A stretch of 64,000 nt of DNA from NCBI GenBank assembly GCA_964441335.1, contig CAYTUI010000001.1, positions 961-64,960 on the forward strand. The letters run 5' to 3'. The notes under the pieces are model-generated. The model did no database searches, was not told where the DNA came from, and worked only from the letters and a program-made list of their open reading frames with translations. How positions within the stretch are numbered: position 1 is the stretch's first letter; every line of letters begins with the position of its first letter. The stretch is from an uncultured Gammaproteobacteria bacterium (lineage in GTDB: Bacteria; Patescibacteriota; Patescibacteriia; UBA1558; 2-01-FULL-52-15). Made by a program: the position numbers and the translations under genes. Shown in pieces: positions 17,848 to 28,741 of the stretch.

Positions 17848-20811
17848 ATGGATAGAACTGTAAAATTAGGCATTGAGGGAATGCATTGCGGGTCTTGTGA
17901 AAAAATTATTGAAATGCAATTGCTGGAGATCCCGGGAGTAAAAGAGGCGAAAATAAGCTTTCAGACTGGGGAAGGCCAGATTGTTGTCGGATCAAATGTC
18001 AGTACTGACCAGTTGGTTGAAGCTGTTACTCAGGCTGGTTATAATAGCCGAATCATTAATGACCAAAATATCAACGATCAAGTGAGTAGTCAAGATGAGT
18101 CAGATGTTATTATTGAACAAAGAATTGTTGATTCTGAATCGCCAGTCAAGATTAGACTGGAATCATCAGTCCTGACGGATGGGGAATTTTCACAGAAAGA
18201 CAGTGTACCCAGTTTTAATGGTAAGGTTAATCACATTAAGAAAGGAGAGTTCGAAATTCCTCAAGGTCGGCCGGACATTGAAAAAATTATAAAGAATTTA
18301 TTTAGTGTATCAAAAATTAATCAAATGTTTGGTTTAATCTCGGACGAAGCCCCGGCCGGAGCCCCTGCCATAATCGCATCATCAATGCCCGTTACGGGTG
18401 TTGAATCGGTTTCAGTAGCAACAATACCTGATGGCCTTAAAGATAAAAAGGAAGAGCAAGTGCAGTTGACTTTAATAGGTATGCACTGCGCATCATGTGC
18501 TGGATTGATTGAGCGTGGACTTAAGAAAGTTTCCGGGGTTAAAACTGCTAATGTTAATTTTGCGGCAGAAAAAGCTAGAATTATTTTTGATTCTTCGCTG
18601 GCGTCGGTTAATCAGCTCATCAGTGCAGTGGAAAAATCTGGTTATAAAGCACGTTTGACAGATAGTAGCGATCCCGAAGCAGATAGGAGACGACGTGAAA
18701 ATGTAATAAAGGGCTATTGGAAAAAATTCGTCTGGAGTCTTGTTCTAAGTTTGCCGTTGTTATATTTTATGTTTTTGGATTTTTTCTTTTTCCTGCCTGG
18801 ACGGATGCTCTTGTTACCATATATAGGCGTGGTGTCGTTGATTCTTACGATACCGGTGCAATTTATCATTGGCTACAGTTTCTATCAGGGCATGTGGAGT
18901 AGTTTGCGAATGAAGACCTTTAATATGGACAGCCTGATTGCTATTGGTACCAGCACAGCCTTCTTTTATAGTTTATGGCAATTTCTTGATTATGTCGGTC
19001 GCACAGGCAGTGTAATTGGTTTGAATGGAGAAAAAATTCCCGAGCTATATTTTGAAACAGCGGCTTTCCTGATAACTTTCGTTATACTAGGTAAGTGGCT
19101 AGAAGCTAGGACCAAAGGTGCAACATCGGATGCTATAAAGAAGTTGATGGGGCTTCAGGCTAAAACAGCTAGGGTCATAAAAAATGGCGTGGTGGCAGAT
19201 GTACCGATTGAACAGGTTATCGCTGGCGATACTATTGTTGTCCGTCCGGGTGAAAAAATACCGGTCGATGGCATAGTCAGTAAAGGGCAGTCCAGTGTGG
19301 ACGAATCCATGATTACCGGCGAAAGTATCCCAGTAGAAAAAAATGTCGGTGATACGATTATCGGGGCTACGATTAATAAACATGGCAGTTTTGAGTTTAC
19401 CGCCACCAAAGTGGGAAGTGAAAGTACCCTGGCGCAGATTATTCGTGTTGTGGAGGAAGCCCAAGGGTCCAAGGCGCCAATTCAGGCATTTGCCGATAAA
19501 ATTTCCGCCTATTTCGTGCCGATCGTAATTGTTTTGGCTATCCTTACGTTTTTGATTTGGTATCTGTTGCTCGGTGCCACTTTGACTTTTGCTCTCATGG
19601 CCTTTACCTCGGTCATAGTTATTGCCTGTCCTTGCGCATTAGGTTTAGCCACGCCTACCGCAATAATGGTTGGCACCGGTAAAGGAGCCGAGCATGGCAT
19701 TTTGATTAAAGGCGGTGAACCGCTGGAAGCGGCCTGTAAAATTAAAGCTGTGGTCTTTGATAAAACCGGGACTTTAACCAAAGGCAAACCAGAAGTGACC
19801 GATGTTATAAGCGCGGGTCTTTCTGATGAAGAAGAAATTACTTCTATCGTTGCGAGTTTGGAAAAACTTTCCGAGCATCCCTTGGCCGAGGCTATTGTTA
19901 AATACGCCGAAGAAGAAAGTATCTCGCTGCGGGAAGCCACAGAGTTTCGAGCGATTCCAGGACATGGTGTGGAAGCTAGTATTGATGGTCAAAAATATTT
20001 TTTTGGTAACCGTAAACTTGTTACTGATGTCGTTAATTTGGGTCAAGAAGTAATAGAAAAAATTGAGCGCAAGATTCGTAAACTTGAAGAGAGTGGTAAA
20101 ACAGTAATGATTTTGAGCTCGACACAGGAAATTCTTGGTCTGATAGCGGTCGCCGATACTATTAAGGAAACCTCAATGGAAGCAGTGCGGGCTCTACAGG
20201 ATCGTCATATCGAAGTCTTTATGATTACCGGTGATAATCGTCGGACAGCCGAAGCGATTGCCCGGCAGGCTGGAATAAAAAATGTCTTGGCCGAAGTACT
20301 GCCAGAAGACAAAGCTAATGAAGTAAAAAAATTGCAGGGAACCGGTATTAAAGTAGCTATGGTTGGCGACGGTATTAATGACGCACCCGCCTTAGCTCAG
20401 GCTGATTTAGGCATTGCCATGGGCAGTGGCACTGATGTGGCAATGGAAACGGGCGGAATTGTTATTATCAAAAATGATTTACGGGATGTTATTACTGCCA
20501 TTCAGCTTAGCCGTGAGACAATGGGTAAAATTAAGCAGAATATGTTCTTTGCTTTGTTCTATAATGTCATTGGCATTCCTATTGCCGCTCGCGTTTTTAT
20601 GGCTTTCGGGTTGGTACTTAAACCGGAGTTAGCTGGTCTGGCCATGGCGTTCAGTTCAATTTCGGTAGTTTCCAATTCCTTGCTCTTGCGCTGGTTTCGG
20701 GCAGGCAAACCTAATTATTTTTCGCAGATCGCTCCTTATGTGTTAGCAATTATTTTTACCTTGGTTTTTGTGGAATTTAGTAGAATTAGTTCTGGCATGG
20801 CCACTACTTAA
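17848..20811 (+). CDS. copA: Cu(I)-translocating P1B ATPase with two HMA domains
   Basis: [41 protein letters not shown] and MAFSS. Confidence 0.93.
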   Translation: MDRTVKLGIEGMHCGSCEKIIEMQLLEIPGVKEAKISFQTGEGQIVVGSNVSTDQLVEAVTQAGYNSRIINDQNINDQVSSQDESDVIIEQRIVDSESPVKIRLESSVLTDGEFSQKDSVPSFNGKVNHIKKGEFEIPQGRPDIEKIIKNLFSVSKINQMFGLISDEAPAGAPAIIASSMPVTGVESVSVATIPDGLKDKKEEQVQLTLIGMHCASCAGLIERGLKKVSGVKTANVNFAAEKARIIFDSSLASVNQLISAVEKSGYKARLTDSSDPEADRRRRENVIKGYWKKFVWSLVLSLPLLYFMFLDFFFFLPGRMLLLPYIGVVSLILTIPVQFIIGYSFYQGMWSSLRMKTFNMDSLIAIGTSTAFFYSLWQFLDYVGRTGSVIGLNGEKIPELYFETAAFLITFVILGKWLEARTKGATSDAIKKLMGLQAKTARVIKNGVVADVPIEQVIAGDTIVVRPGEKIPVDGIVSKGQSSVDESMITGESIPVEKNVGDTIIGATINKHGSFEFTATKVGSESTLAQIIRVVEEAQGSKAPIQAFADKISAYFVPIVIVLAILTFLIWYLLLGATLTFALMAFTSVIVIACPCALGLATPTAIMVGTGKGAEHGILIKGGEPLEAACKIKAVVFDKTGTLTKGKPEVTDVISAGLSDEEEITSIVASLEKLSEHPLAEAIVKYAEEESISLREATEFRAIPGHGVEASIDGQKYFFGNRKLVTDVVNLGQEVIEKIERKIRKLEESGKTVMILSSTQEILGLIAVADTIKETSMEAVRALQDRHIEVFMITGDNRRTAEAIARQAGIKNVLAEVLPEDKANEVKKLQGTGIKVAMVGDGINDAPALAQADLGIAMGSGTDVAMETGGIVIIKNDLRDVITAIQLSRETMGKIKQNMFFALFYNVIGIPIAARVFMAFGLVLKPELAGLAMAFSSISVVSNSLLLRWFRAGKPNYFSQIAPYVLAIIFTLVFVEFSRISSGMATT

Positions 20812-20822
20812 CTTAATGACGT

Positions 20823-21332
20823 ATGAAAAATAATAAAAAATTGGACAATTTCAGTTTGTGGGTGATTATTGGTACTGTTATTTTATTATCCTTGATGATT
20901 TTTTGGGGTTCTTCAGTCCAAAAGGGTGAAGCGACTAGCAATGATGATAAAGGTAGTCAACTTCAAGCCTCCGAGAGCAGCTATGACTTCGGTTCAATTT
21001 CCATGGCCCAAGGAAAAGTTACAAAAGTTTTTAGTTTTAAGAATAACACTTCAGAAGCGATTAAGGCCAAAAAACTTTACACCTCATGTATGTGTACTAA
21101 AGCCACTCTAATTAAAACTGATCAGACCCTTGGTCCTTTTGGTATGCCAGCACATGGGTTTATTCCAGAAATTAACGTGAATATTGAGCCAGGAGAAGAG
21201 GCTAAAATTGAAACCGTATTTGATCCGGCTGCGCACGGTCCAGCTGGCGTCGGTCCCATCGCCAGAGAAGTAATATTAGAAACTAGTGATGGTAAGTTAA
21301 TATTTAAATTTAACGCCCAAGTAACTCCTTAA
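20823..21332 (+). CDS. DUF1573 Ig-like protein
   Basis: YDFGSI..F.FKN..TSCMCT..FDPAAHGPAG. Confidence 0.75.
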   Translation: MKNNKKLDNFSLWVIIGTVILLSLMIFWGSSVQKGEATSNDDKGSQLQASESSYDFGSISMAQGKVTKVFSFKNNTSEAIKAKKLYTSCMCTKATLIKTDQTLGPFGMPAHGFIPEINVNIEPGEEAKIETVFDPAAHGPAGVGPIAREVILETSDGKLIFKFNAQVTP

Positions 21333-21342
21333 GACCCAAAGC

Positions 21343-22128
21343 ATGAAAAACCAAAGATTATACTTTATTTTATCGGTGTTAGGGATACTCATAGCCGCTT
21401 TATTGTTATTAAAATCCAGTACTGGCTCCGCGCAGTTTATTTGGAATCTCTCCAAGGGCGGAACCTTCCTTTTTCCTTTGGTTTCTTTATCGGCTCTGAT
21501 TGACAGCATTAATCCCTGTGCTTTTTCCATCTTACTTTTGACCATCGCATTTTTATTCAGTCTGGACACTTCAAGGTCTGATCTGATTAAAATTGGCTCG
21601 GCCTATATCAGTGGAATTTTTTTGGCCTATTTACTGATTGGTCTGGGTATTTTGGGTGCTTTGCACATTTTTAACACCCCGCATTTTATGGGTAAACTGG
21701 GAGCATTTATATTGATTGCCATGGGCCTGATAAATTTGCTTGGCCAATTCATTCCGCGTTTTCCGATAAAATTACAAATTCCCGGCTTCGCGCATAACAG
21801 AATGGCAGAGTTGATGAAAAAGAGTTCGGTATCGGCGGTATTTTTCTTAGGTATGCTGGTTGGGCTTTGCGAATTTCCCTGTACCGGCGGCCCTTATCTG
21901 ATGGTTTTGGGTTTATTGAATGACGGCGCATCATATGTCAGAGGCCTGTTGTATCTTGTTTGGTATAATATTCTGTTTGTTCTACCGTTAGCGGCAATTT
22001 TATTCGTGGCCAGTGATAAAATATTGCTAACCAAATTACAGAATTGGAAGCGGAATAATTTGAATCAGACCAGATTAATCGGTGGCATAATTATGGTCGT
22101 TTTGGGAATAGTCATATTATTAATCTAA
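21343..22128 (+). CDS. CcdA/DsbD-like TM electron transporter
   Basis: DSINPCAF and EFPCTGGPY. Confidence 0.82.
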   Translation: MKNQRLYFILSVLGILIAALLLLKSSTGSAQFIWNLSKGGTFLFPLVSLSALIDSINPCAFSILLLTIAFLFSLDTSRSDLIKIGSAYISGIFLAYLLIGLGILGALHIFNTPHFMGKLGAFILIAMGLINLLGQFIPRFPIKLQIPGFAHNRMAELMKKSSVSAVFFLGMLVGLCEFPCTGGPYLMVLGLLNDGASYVRGLLYLVWYNILFVLPLAAILFVASDKILLTKLQNWKRNNLNQTRLIGGIIMVVLGIVILLI

Positions 22129-22132
22129 AATT

Positions 22133-22642
22133 ATGAGAGAAATAAGAAATTATCAGGACTTAATGCAAAAGGTTAATCAGATCAAACAAGACGGCAAAAT
22201 TGATTTGTCCATGGAAGAGGATTTGAGTATTGCTGTCATGAATTTAATCAGTTTGGAGGAGCATTTCTTTTTTACGGCGGAAAAAACCGGTAAAGACTCC
22301 TATATTAATCTATTGGAAACAGTTAGAGATATGAGGAAAGAGCTTTTGGCTATGATGATAAAAAAGTATGAGGGAGAGACTTGGTGTATTGCCAAACATT
22401 TGCTGGCCGCCTCAATGAGATTAATGGAAGTAGGGACAAAATTACAGTCTGGGGGGCAGCCTGATCAGGCCAAAAATATGTTTGCTAAATCTTACGAACT
22501 GTTCAATTTATTTTTTGCCGTACGGCTTAAACTTATTGACTTGCCTGAACTAAAAAATAACGCAAAGTCAGAAATTAATTTGGATCAGCCATGGACCAAG
22601 GAAGAGATAATGAATAAATTATTGGATTGCTGCAAAGAATAA
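22133..22642 (+). CDS. hypothetical helical protein with Cys/His motifs
   Basis: EEH, WCIAKH, C-terminal DCCKE; lies in the operon. Confidence 0.7.
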   Translation: MREIRNYQDLMQKVNQIKQDGKIDLSMEEDLSIAVMNLISLEEHFFFTAEKTGKDSYINLLETVRDMRKELLAMMIKKYEGETWCIAKHLLAASMRLMEVGTKLQSGGQPDQAKNMFAKSYELFNLFFAVRLKLIDLPELKNNAKSEINLDQPWTKEEIMNKLLDCCKE

Positions 22643-22653
22643 ATCAAATTTTT

Positions 22654-22878
22654 ATGCATCACGATTATAAAGGAGATCATGATAGCCACAAAAAAGTAAT
22701 GTGGCTAATGATGTTAATCTGTGCCCTGCCGATATTATTTATTCTCTTCTCCGCAGCTAAGACACGTTTTTTCGCTATATTATTTTTAGCAGCTTGCTGT
22801 ATTGATGGCCATTTTTTGCTGATGAAATTATTGGGGCATTCAGGCCATACTAATAAGGACAAGCCAGATAAAGAGTAA
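22654..22878 (+). CDS. Small His-rich membrane protein (DUF2933-like)
   Basis: MMLICALP..CCIDGHFLLM..GHSGH. Confidence 0.6.
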   Translation: MHHDYKGDHDSHKKVMWLMMLICALPILFILFSAAKTRFFAILFLAACCIDGHFLLMKLLGHSGHTNKDKPDKE

Positions 22879-23025
22879 TATATTCTTTGGCAACTGGTTC
22901 GGCATATTTAATCCGCAGTTAGAAGTTAGTCGAATATTTGCTGATAAAAACGTCCGCGGTTTAAAAAAAGAGGTCATTCTGGCTAGTGGGTATACATGAT
23001 ATAATACAGTGGCAACAATATTATC

Positions 23026-25290
23026 ATGCAGACAATAAAAAATAGTCATTATTCTAGCAATCAGAAAAAAAAGTGCTCTGATTGTATCAACTGTAGTGCT
23101 TGTCAGGTAAATCATCTAAGCGTCAGCTGTGGCTGTGACAATGAGGCCAAACAATTCGAATACCGCGGACATATTCACAGCGAGCATCATGATCATGGAG
23201 GTCGGGCGCCAATCACAGCGCAAACCAAAAAAGCACATTCTGGTCATGCTAGCGCTAAGATGAATCATGCAGATCATGCGGCTGCCATGAGTAATCCGGC
23301 GATAGCGAAATTTATGGAGGAAGATATGCGCCGCCGTTTTTTTATCTCTCTGATATTGTCCATACCGACTTTTCTGTATTCCCCTGTGGGCATAGATTTT
23401 TTTAAATTAAATTTACCTACTCCTATTCCCGTCAATTTGTTGCTGTTAATTTTTACCACGCCAATCGTTCTTTGGGCTGGCTCAATTTTTATTAGCGGGA
23501 CATATCATTCTCTGCGGGCAGGAAAATTAAATATGTCAGTATTGATTTTTACCGGGGTCATGACCGCCTATTTGTTTAGCCTTTTTTTGACCTTTACGGG
23601 TGGTCAGGAAACATTTTATGAAGCCGCGGCCTTGTTGGTGACTTTTGTACTCTTTGGGCACTGGATGGAAATGCGTTCGCGTCGGGGAACATCGGATGCT
23701 TTGCGCGCGCTTTTTGATTTAGTACCGCCACAGGCGATTATAATTCGTGACGGTCGGGAAATGACTGTTGCTAGCGCGGAGATAATTAATGGCGACGTGG
23801 TAATAATTAAACCTGGCAATAAAATTCCTGTTGATGGAGAGGTGGTTGAAGGGGACACGTATATTGATGAATCTTTAGTAACTGGCGAGTCGCTGCCGGT
23901 GCATAAGGCTAGTGGCAGTTCGGTGGTTGGGGGGTCAATCAATAAGAATGGCACGATTAAATTCAAGGCCACCAAAGTCGGTAGTGATACTGTTTTAGCT
24001 CAAATCATTAAACTGGTTGAGAGTGCCCAGAATTCCAAGGCACCGGGGCAGAGGATTGCGGACAAAGCGGCTGCGATATTAGTAATTGTTGCTATCGGTT
24101 CAGGCCTAGCCGCTTTTATTGGATGGTACGTGATAGCTGGCGTCAGTTTTATCATAGCTTTGACTTTTGCTGTTTCGACTATTGTTATTGCTTGTCCGGA
24201 TGCTTTGGGGTTGGCGACTCCTACTGCGGTGGCCGTGGGCACCGGCATAGGTGCTAAACATAATATTCTAATTAAAGATGCCACAACGCTGGAAAAAACC
24301 GCTAAAATTAATGCCATTGTTATGGATAAAACAGGTACCTTGACCAAAGGACAACCGGAGGTAACCGATGTTGTTTCCTTTAACTCTTCTTTGGCAGACG
24401 AGGCTGCTGTATTTCAACTGGTGGCATCAATAGAAAAAAATTCAGAGCACCCTTTGGCCAGCACTATTATCAAGAAAGCTGTCAAAGATAAAGTTGAATT
24501 TTTACCCCTTCATAACTTTGCTGCTATTACTGGTCAGGGCGTTAAGGGGACGACTACTGATAACCAGCAAATATTTTTAGGCAACATAAAATTATTAGCT
24601 GACGCTGGCATTTCTTTAACGGCAAAAGATCAGCAAAGAGTGCAATCTTTACAGACTGAAGGCAAAACAGTAATGATATTGGCCAAAGATAAAGAGGTTT
24701 TAGGGGTTATAGCTGTAGCCGATACTGTGCGCGATAGCTCGAAGAGGGCAGTAGAATTACTGCAAAGGATGAAAGTTGAAATAATTATGATTACTGGTGA
24801 TAATATTCAGACGGCGCAGGCCATCGCGGCCAAGCTGGGCATTGAACGCGTGTTTGCCGATGTCTTGCCGGCGGACAAAGCAAACTGGATAAAAAAACTT
24901 CAAACTGAAGGCAAATTCGTGGCTATGGTGGGTGATGGCATTAATGACGCGCCAGCCTTAGCCCAGTCTGATATTGGTATTGCTATCGGCGCCGGAACAG
25001 ACGTAGCTATAGAGACAGCTAGTATTGTTTTAATGAAATCCGATCCTTTGGATATCGTCGCTGCTATTCGCCTTAGTAAGGCGACGGTAAATAAAATGCG
25101 GCAGAATTTATTTTGGGCGGCAATTTATAATCTAATAGCCATTCCTTTTGCGGCTGGCGTTTTTTATAACTCTCTAGGATGGTCTTTACGACCGGAAATC
25201 TCGGCCTTACTGATGTCAGTGTCATCAATTGTTGTCGCTACCAATGCGGTATTGTTAAAAAGAGTAGAACCAAAATTAACAGTTAATTAG
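23026..25290 (+). CDS. Second heavy-metal P1B ATPase (CPD motif, Cys/His-rich N-terminus)
   Basis: TGES, ACPDALGLA, DKTGT, SEHP, GDGIND, YN, MSVSS. Confidence 0.92.
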   Translation: MQTIKNSHYSSNQKKKCSDCINCSACQVNHLSVSCGCDNEAKQFEYRGHIHSEHHDHGGRAPITAQTKKAHSGHASAKMNHADHAAAMSNPAIAKFMEEDMRRRFFISLILSIPTFLYSPVGIDFFKLNLPTPIPVNLLLLIFTTPIVLWAGSIFISGTYHSLRAGKLNMSVLIFTGVMTAYLFSLFLTFTGGQETFYEAAALLVTFVLFGHWMEMRSRRGTSDALRALFDLVPPQAIIIRDGREMTVASAEIINGDVVIIKPGNKIPVDGEVVEGDTYIDESLVTGESLPVHKASGSSVVGGSINKNGTIKFKATKVGSDTVLAQIIKLVESAQNSKAPGQRIADKAAAILVIVAIGSGLAAFIGWYVIAGVSFIIALTFAVSTIVIACPDALGLATPTAVAVGTGIGAKHNILIKDATTLEKTAKINAIVMDKTGTLTKGQPEVTDVVSFNSSLADEAAVFQLVASIEKNSEHPLASTIIKKAVKDKVEFLPLHNFAAITGQGVKGTTTDNQQIFLGNIKLLADAGISLTAKDQQRVQSLQTEGKTVMILAKDKEVLGVIAVADTVRDSSKRAVELLQRMKVEIIMITGDNIQTAQAIAAKLGIERVFADVLPADKANWIKKLQTEGKFVAMVGDGINDAPALAQSDIGIAIGAGTDVAIETASIVLMKSDPLDIVAAIRLSKATVNKMRQNLFWAAIYNLIAIPFAAGVFYNSLGWSLRPEISALLMSVSSIVVATNAVLLKRVEPKLTVN

Positions 25291-25307
25291 GGAAGGAGGT
25301 GTATAAT

Positions 25308-25442
25308 ATGATTAATTATAGTTATATGATGGGCAGTTCGGGAGGCGGCTTGATGTTTTTTTCATGGACCACTTATATTCTGTTAACTGCATTGCTGATT
25401 CTTGGCATAGCCGCTTTATGGAAATATATTAATAAAAAATAG
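25308..25442 (+). CDS. 44-aa single-TM protein (missed by the ORF track)
   Basis: AGGAGGTG SD; MINYSYMMGSSGGGLMFFSWTTYILLTALLILGIAALWKYINKK; ends 1 nt before the next gene. Confidence 0.7.
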   Translation: MINYSYMMGSSGGGLMFFSWTTYILLTALLILGIAALWKYINKK

Positions 25443-25443
25443 T

Positions 25444-25698
25444 ATGATTAGTGCGAAACATTTACTTAAAGTCAGTTTAGTATGGGTCAATATCGTTTAT
25501 GTAATTTGTTTTTTGGTCGTGGTAATTTATCCGCCGCTAAGGGAACAATTCATGCTCTACGCGTTACACACTAACGTGGAGTTAGGCCAGGACGTGACCA
25601 CGGTTACTACGTTTATTACAGGCTTGATTTGGTGGAACATTTTAGCGGTGTCGGCAGTTGGACTGTTCGCTTGGTTAGACCATAAAATTAAGAAGTAG
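25444..25698 (+). CDS. Small 2-TM protein (DUF5676-like)
   Basis: YVICF..P......YALH pattern, two TM segments. Confidence 0.65.
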   Translation: MISAKHLLKVSLVWVNIVYVICFLVVVIYPPLREQFMLYALHTNVELGQDVTTVTTFITGLIWWNILAVSAVGLFAWLDHKIKK

Positions 25699-25852
25699 AG
25701 TTACTTAGGGGACATTTTGGTGATCCTGGTAATTGATGTTGATTAATGTTGGGATTTGTTTATTTAGGCGATGTTATAAAATTTTTCGTCTTTTAGAGTT
25801 TCTATAATGACTGATTTTTTATGATTTTAAGATTGAAAATTTAATTGAAATT

Positions 25853-26878
25853 ATGTCAGACAGCAAAACATATGTATTTCACGTGGCCGGCATGCACTGT
25901 TCGGCCTGCGAGATATTAATTGAAGACGAATTAGGAGCGGCTCCGGGCGTTAGCCAAGTGAAGGCCAATTTAGCTAAAAATCAGGTGACAGTTACTTTGG
26001 ATAATCCGGGCGAGCCAGAAGCTATTACCAAAGAGTTATCGGCTAAAATTGCCTCCAAAGGCTACAGCCTGCAGACTGAAAAAATTAAGCCTAACCGGCA
26101 GTGGCAAGATTTCTGGTATGCCGTGCCTTTGGCCGCTATTCTGATTATCATATTTGTCTATCTGCAAAAGATTGGTTTAGTAAACTTAGTTAGTGGCTCA
26201 AGAGTTAATTACGCGACAGCTTTGTTAATCGGCGCTATTGCTTCTGTGTCCACCTGTTTAGCGGTAGTCGGAGGATTAACTTTATCGTTGTCGGCTAATT
26301 ATGCTAAGAGTGGCGCTAAATTTTTACCGCACGTAATGTTTCACACTGGACGATTGGTCGGTTTTTTTCTATTAGGTGGTTTACTGGGTTTGTTAGGGAA
26401 GTCATTTAATATGAGTTTAAGTATCGGAAATACTTTGGGTTTGGTAGTAGCTGTAATTATGTTAATACTAGGGTTAAATTTATTGGATGTTTTTAAGTTC
26501 ACAAAGAAATTACAGTTTAGGATGCCGAAAATTACGGCCAAGCATGCTACTAGACAATCAGTTAAAGGCGGGCGACTAACGCCGATAATAATTGGCGTAA
26601 TAACTTTTTTTCTGCCCTGCGGTTTTACGCAATCCATGCAGGTTTATGCTTTGACAACTGGTAGTTTTCTAACCGGCGCTCTGACCATGGCGACTTTTGC
26701 TTTAGGTACGCTACCTGCTTTGGCTTTATTGTCTTTTGGCTCATTTAGCCTAGCTCATAAATCCTGGTCAGGTATATTTTTTAAGACCGCTGGTCTGATA
26801 GTTATGACCATGGCGTTATTTAATCTGGCCAATATTTTAGCAGTGATGGGCATTATTAATCCAATCTTTAATTTTTAA
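25853..26878 (+). CDS. HMA + DsbD_2/TauE-like TM protein
   Basis: GMHCSAC, STCLAVVGG, FLPCGFTQ; paralog of the N-terminal part of 14797. Confidence 0.85.
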   Translation: MSDSKTYVFHVAGMHCSACEILIEDELGAAPGVSQVKANLAKNQVTVTLDNPGEPEAITKELSAKIASKGYSLQTEKIKPNRQWQDFWYAVPLAAILIIIFVYLQKIGLVNLVSGSRVNYATALLIGAIASVSTCLAVVGGLTLSLSANYAKSGAKFLPHVMFHTGRLVGFFLLGGLLGLLGKSFNMSLSIGNTLGLVVAVIMLILGLNLLDVFKFTKKLQFRMPKITAKHATRQSVKGGRLTPIIIGVITFFLPCGFTQSMQVYALTTGSFLTGALTMATFALGTLPALALLSFGSFSLAHKSWSGIFFKTAGLIVMTMALFNLANILAVMGIINPIFNF

Positions 26879-26886
26879 TTATAAAA

Positions 26887-27279
26887 ATGAAAAAAATTAT
26901 TATTCCAATCGTCATAATAGTTGTTTTAGTGGGAGGGGTATATTTATTAGGTAAGCAGGCGAGTGGCGGCACCGATAATACTGGGATTTCCGACAACGTT
27001 AAACAAGTTGGCGGACAACAGGTAGTAGAGATTTTTGCCAAAGGCGGCTATTCGCCAAGAGTTGCCAATGCTCAAGCCGGGGTAGAAACAGTTTTGAAAA
27101 TTTCCACCAACGGAACGTATGATTGCTCTTCCAGTTTGGTAATCCCCAGCTTAAATTACCGTAAATTTTTACAACCGACCGGCGTGGAAGAGATTACTAT
27201 CCCTAAAGATAAAGCCATCGGCAAATTGCGAGGACTATGCGGTATGGGTATGTATTCTTTTGAGATTAGGTTTCAGTAG
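26887..27279 (+). CDS. Cupredoxin-like domain protein
   Basis: GGYSP, YDCSS, CGMGMY. Confidence 0.8.
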   Translation: MKKIIIPIVIIVVLVGGVYLLGKQASGGTDNTGISDNVKQVGGQQVVEIFAKGGYSPRVANAQAGVETVLKISTNGTYDCSSSLVIPSLNYRKFLQPTGVEEITIPKDKAIGKLRGLCGMGMYSFEIRFQ

Positions 27280-27379
27280 TCTGTTTTAAACATATATAAG
27301 TCAGAGTAGTGCGAGGTTGAAGCTTTTTAGCGTTTTTAACTGCCTGTTTTAAACATTTATAACGCCGCCAACCGGGTCA

Positions 27380-27426
27380 TTGACAAATTTTTGGAGTAGC
27401 GTTACTATGTGTATATAATACAGTAA
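27380..27426 (+). promoter_or_regulatory. Sigma70 promoter plus putative NrtR operator
   Basis: TTGACA-17-TACTAT; TATGTGT-ATATAAT-ACAGTAA (GT-N7-AC). Confidence 0.65.
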
Positions 27427-27439
27427 GTAATCCACAGGT

Positions 27440-28114
27440 ATGACAGTTAATAGAAAATATGAATTCGCCGTAATTGCTACCGACATTGCTATTTTCGCCG
27501 TAATTGATGGTAAATTACAGGTATTAATGATTGAGATGGTGAAACCACCTTTTACCGGTCAGTGGGCTTTACCGGGCGGACTGATAAAAATCACAGAGAC
27601 CGTTGAAAATGCGGCTAAGCGCACTTTGCTGGAAAAGACTGGCGTCCAGGATGTTTATCTGGAGCAGCTCTTTACTTTTGGTGAGGTTAACCGTGATCCT
27701 TTTGGGAGAGTGGTATCGGTAGCTTATTTTGTTTTAATTTCTGATCCAACCAAGTTAAAACTAAAGGCCGGACGAGAATATAGAAATATAGGCTGGAAAT
27801 CAGTTGATCGGTTGCCTGTTTTGGCTTACGATCACAAGAAAATAGTAGCGGTAGCTATTGAGCGTTTACGATCTAAATTATCTTATACTAATATTGTTTA
27901 TGGTCTATTGCCGAAAGAATTTACTTTAACAGAATTCCAAAGTCTATATGAATTAATTTTAGATCAGCAGTTTGATAAAAGAAATTTCCGTAAAAAAATG
28001 TTGTCATTAGGACTAATAAAGAAGTCAGGACGAAAACAGAGTGGAGTGGCTAACCGACCAGCCAACCTTTTTTCCTTTTCCAGCCGCTCCCCAAAAGTAG
28101 TAGAAATATTATAA
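27440..28114 (+). CDS. nrtR: NrtR-family regulator (Nudix + wHTH)
   Basis: WALPGG, YLEQLFTFG..RDP.GRVVSVAY, LAYDH, FTL.E.Q, DKRNFRKK. Confidence 0.92.
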   Translation: MTVNRKYEFAVIATDIAIFAVIDGKLQVLMIEMVKPPFTGQWALPGGLIKITETVENAAKRTLLEKTGVQDVYLEQLFTFGEVNRDPFGRVVSVAYFVLISDPTKLKLKAGREYRNIGWKSVDRLPVLAYDHKKIVAVAIERLRSKLSYTNIVYGLLPKEFTLTEFQSLYELILDQQFDKRNFRKKMLSLGLIKKSGRKQSGVANRPANLFSFSSRSPKVVEIL

Positions 28115-28130
28115 TTTTTTTTAATTAAAG

Positions 28131-28151
28131 ATAGTGTAAATTTTACAATAA
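28131..28151. promoter_or_regulatory. Putative NrtR operator
   Basis: ATAGTGT-AAATTTT-ACAATAA upstream of pnuC. Confidence 0.65.
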
Positions 28152-28162
28152 ATAATAAAGCC

Positions 28163-28741
28163 ATGAGTACATATGAAATTATAGCGGTAGTCTTTGGTCT
28201 AATCTCGGTCTATCTGACTACCAGTCAAAATATTTGGAGTTGGCCAACAGGCTTAGTCAGCGTAGTAGCTTTTGGCTTATTGTTTTTTGACATCAAGCTC
28301 TACGCTGATGTTATTCTGCAAGCCTTTTTCTTTGTTACGGGTTTATTGGGCTGGTATTGGTGGAAGTTTGGAGGAAAGAATAAAACTGAGCTCCAAGTTA
28401 AGTTGTTGAAATCCGTAAGCCGCTGGTGGATATTTCTGTCTATAATTCCTTGCCTTGCTTTGATGGGTTGGCTGTTGTCAAACTACACCGACGCCTCATT
28501 ACCCTATTGGGATTCTTTTATCAGTGTCGTCAGCATTTTTGCACAGTTATTACTGACCAAAAAAATTTTTGAAAATTGGATTCTTTGGATAGCGGTAGAT
28601 ATTGTGGCTATAGGAGTTTATAGTTTTAAAGAAGTTTATTTAACAACCGGTTTGTATGTCATATTTTTATGCTTAGCGACAGTCGGATTAATAAAGTGGT
28701 ATAGATCATGGCAACAGCAAAAAAAAATAACGATAGCATAG
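28163..28741 (+). CDS. pnuC: Nicotinamide riboside transporter
   Basis: WSWPTG, LYAD..LQ, GWYWW, PYWDS, ENWILWI..D. Confidence 0.92.
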   Translation: MSTYEIIAVVFGLISVYLTTSQNIWSWPTGLVSVVAFGLLFFDIKLYADVILQAFFFVTGLLGWYWWKFGGKNKTELQVKLLKSVSRWWIFLSIIPCLALMGWLLSNYTDASLPYWDSFISVVSIFAQLLLTKKIFENWILWIAVDIVAIGVYSFKEVYLTTGLYVIFLCLATVGLIKWYRSWQQQKKITIA

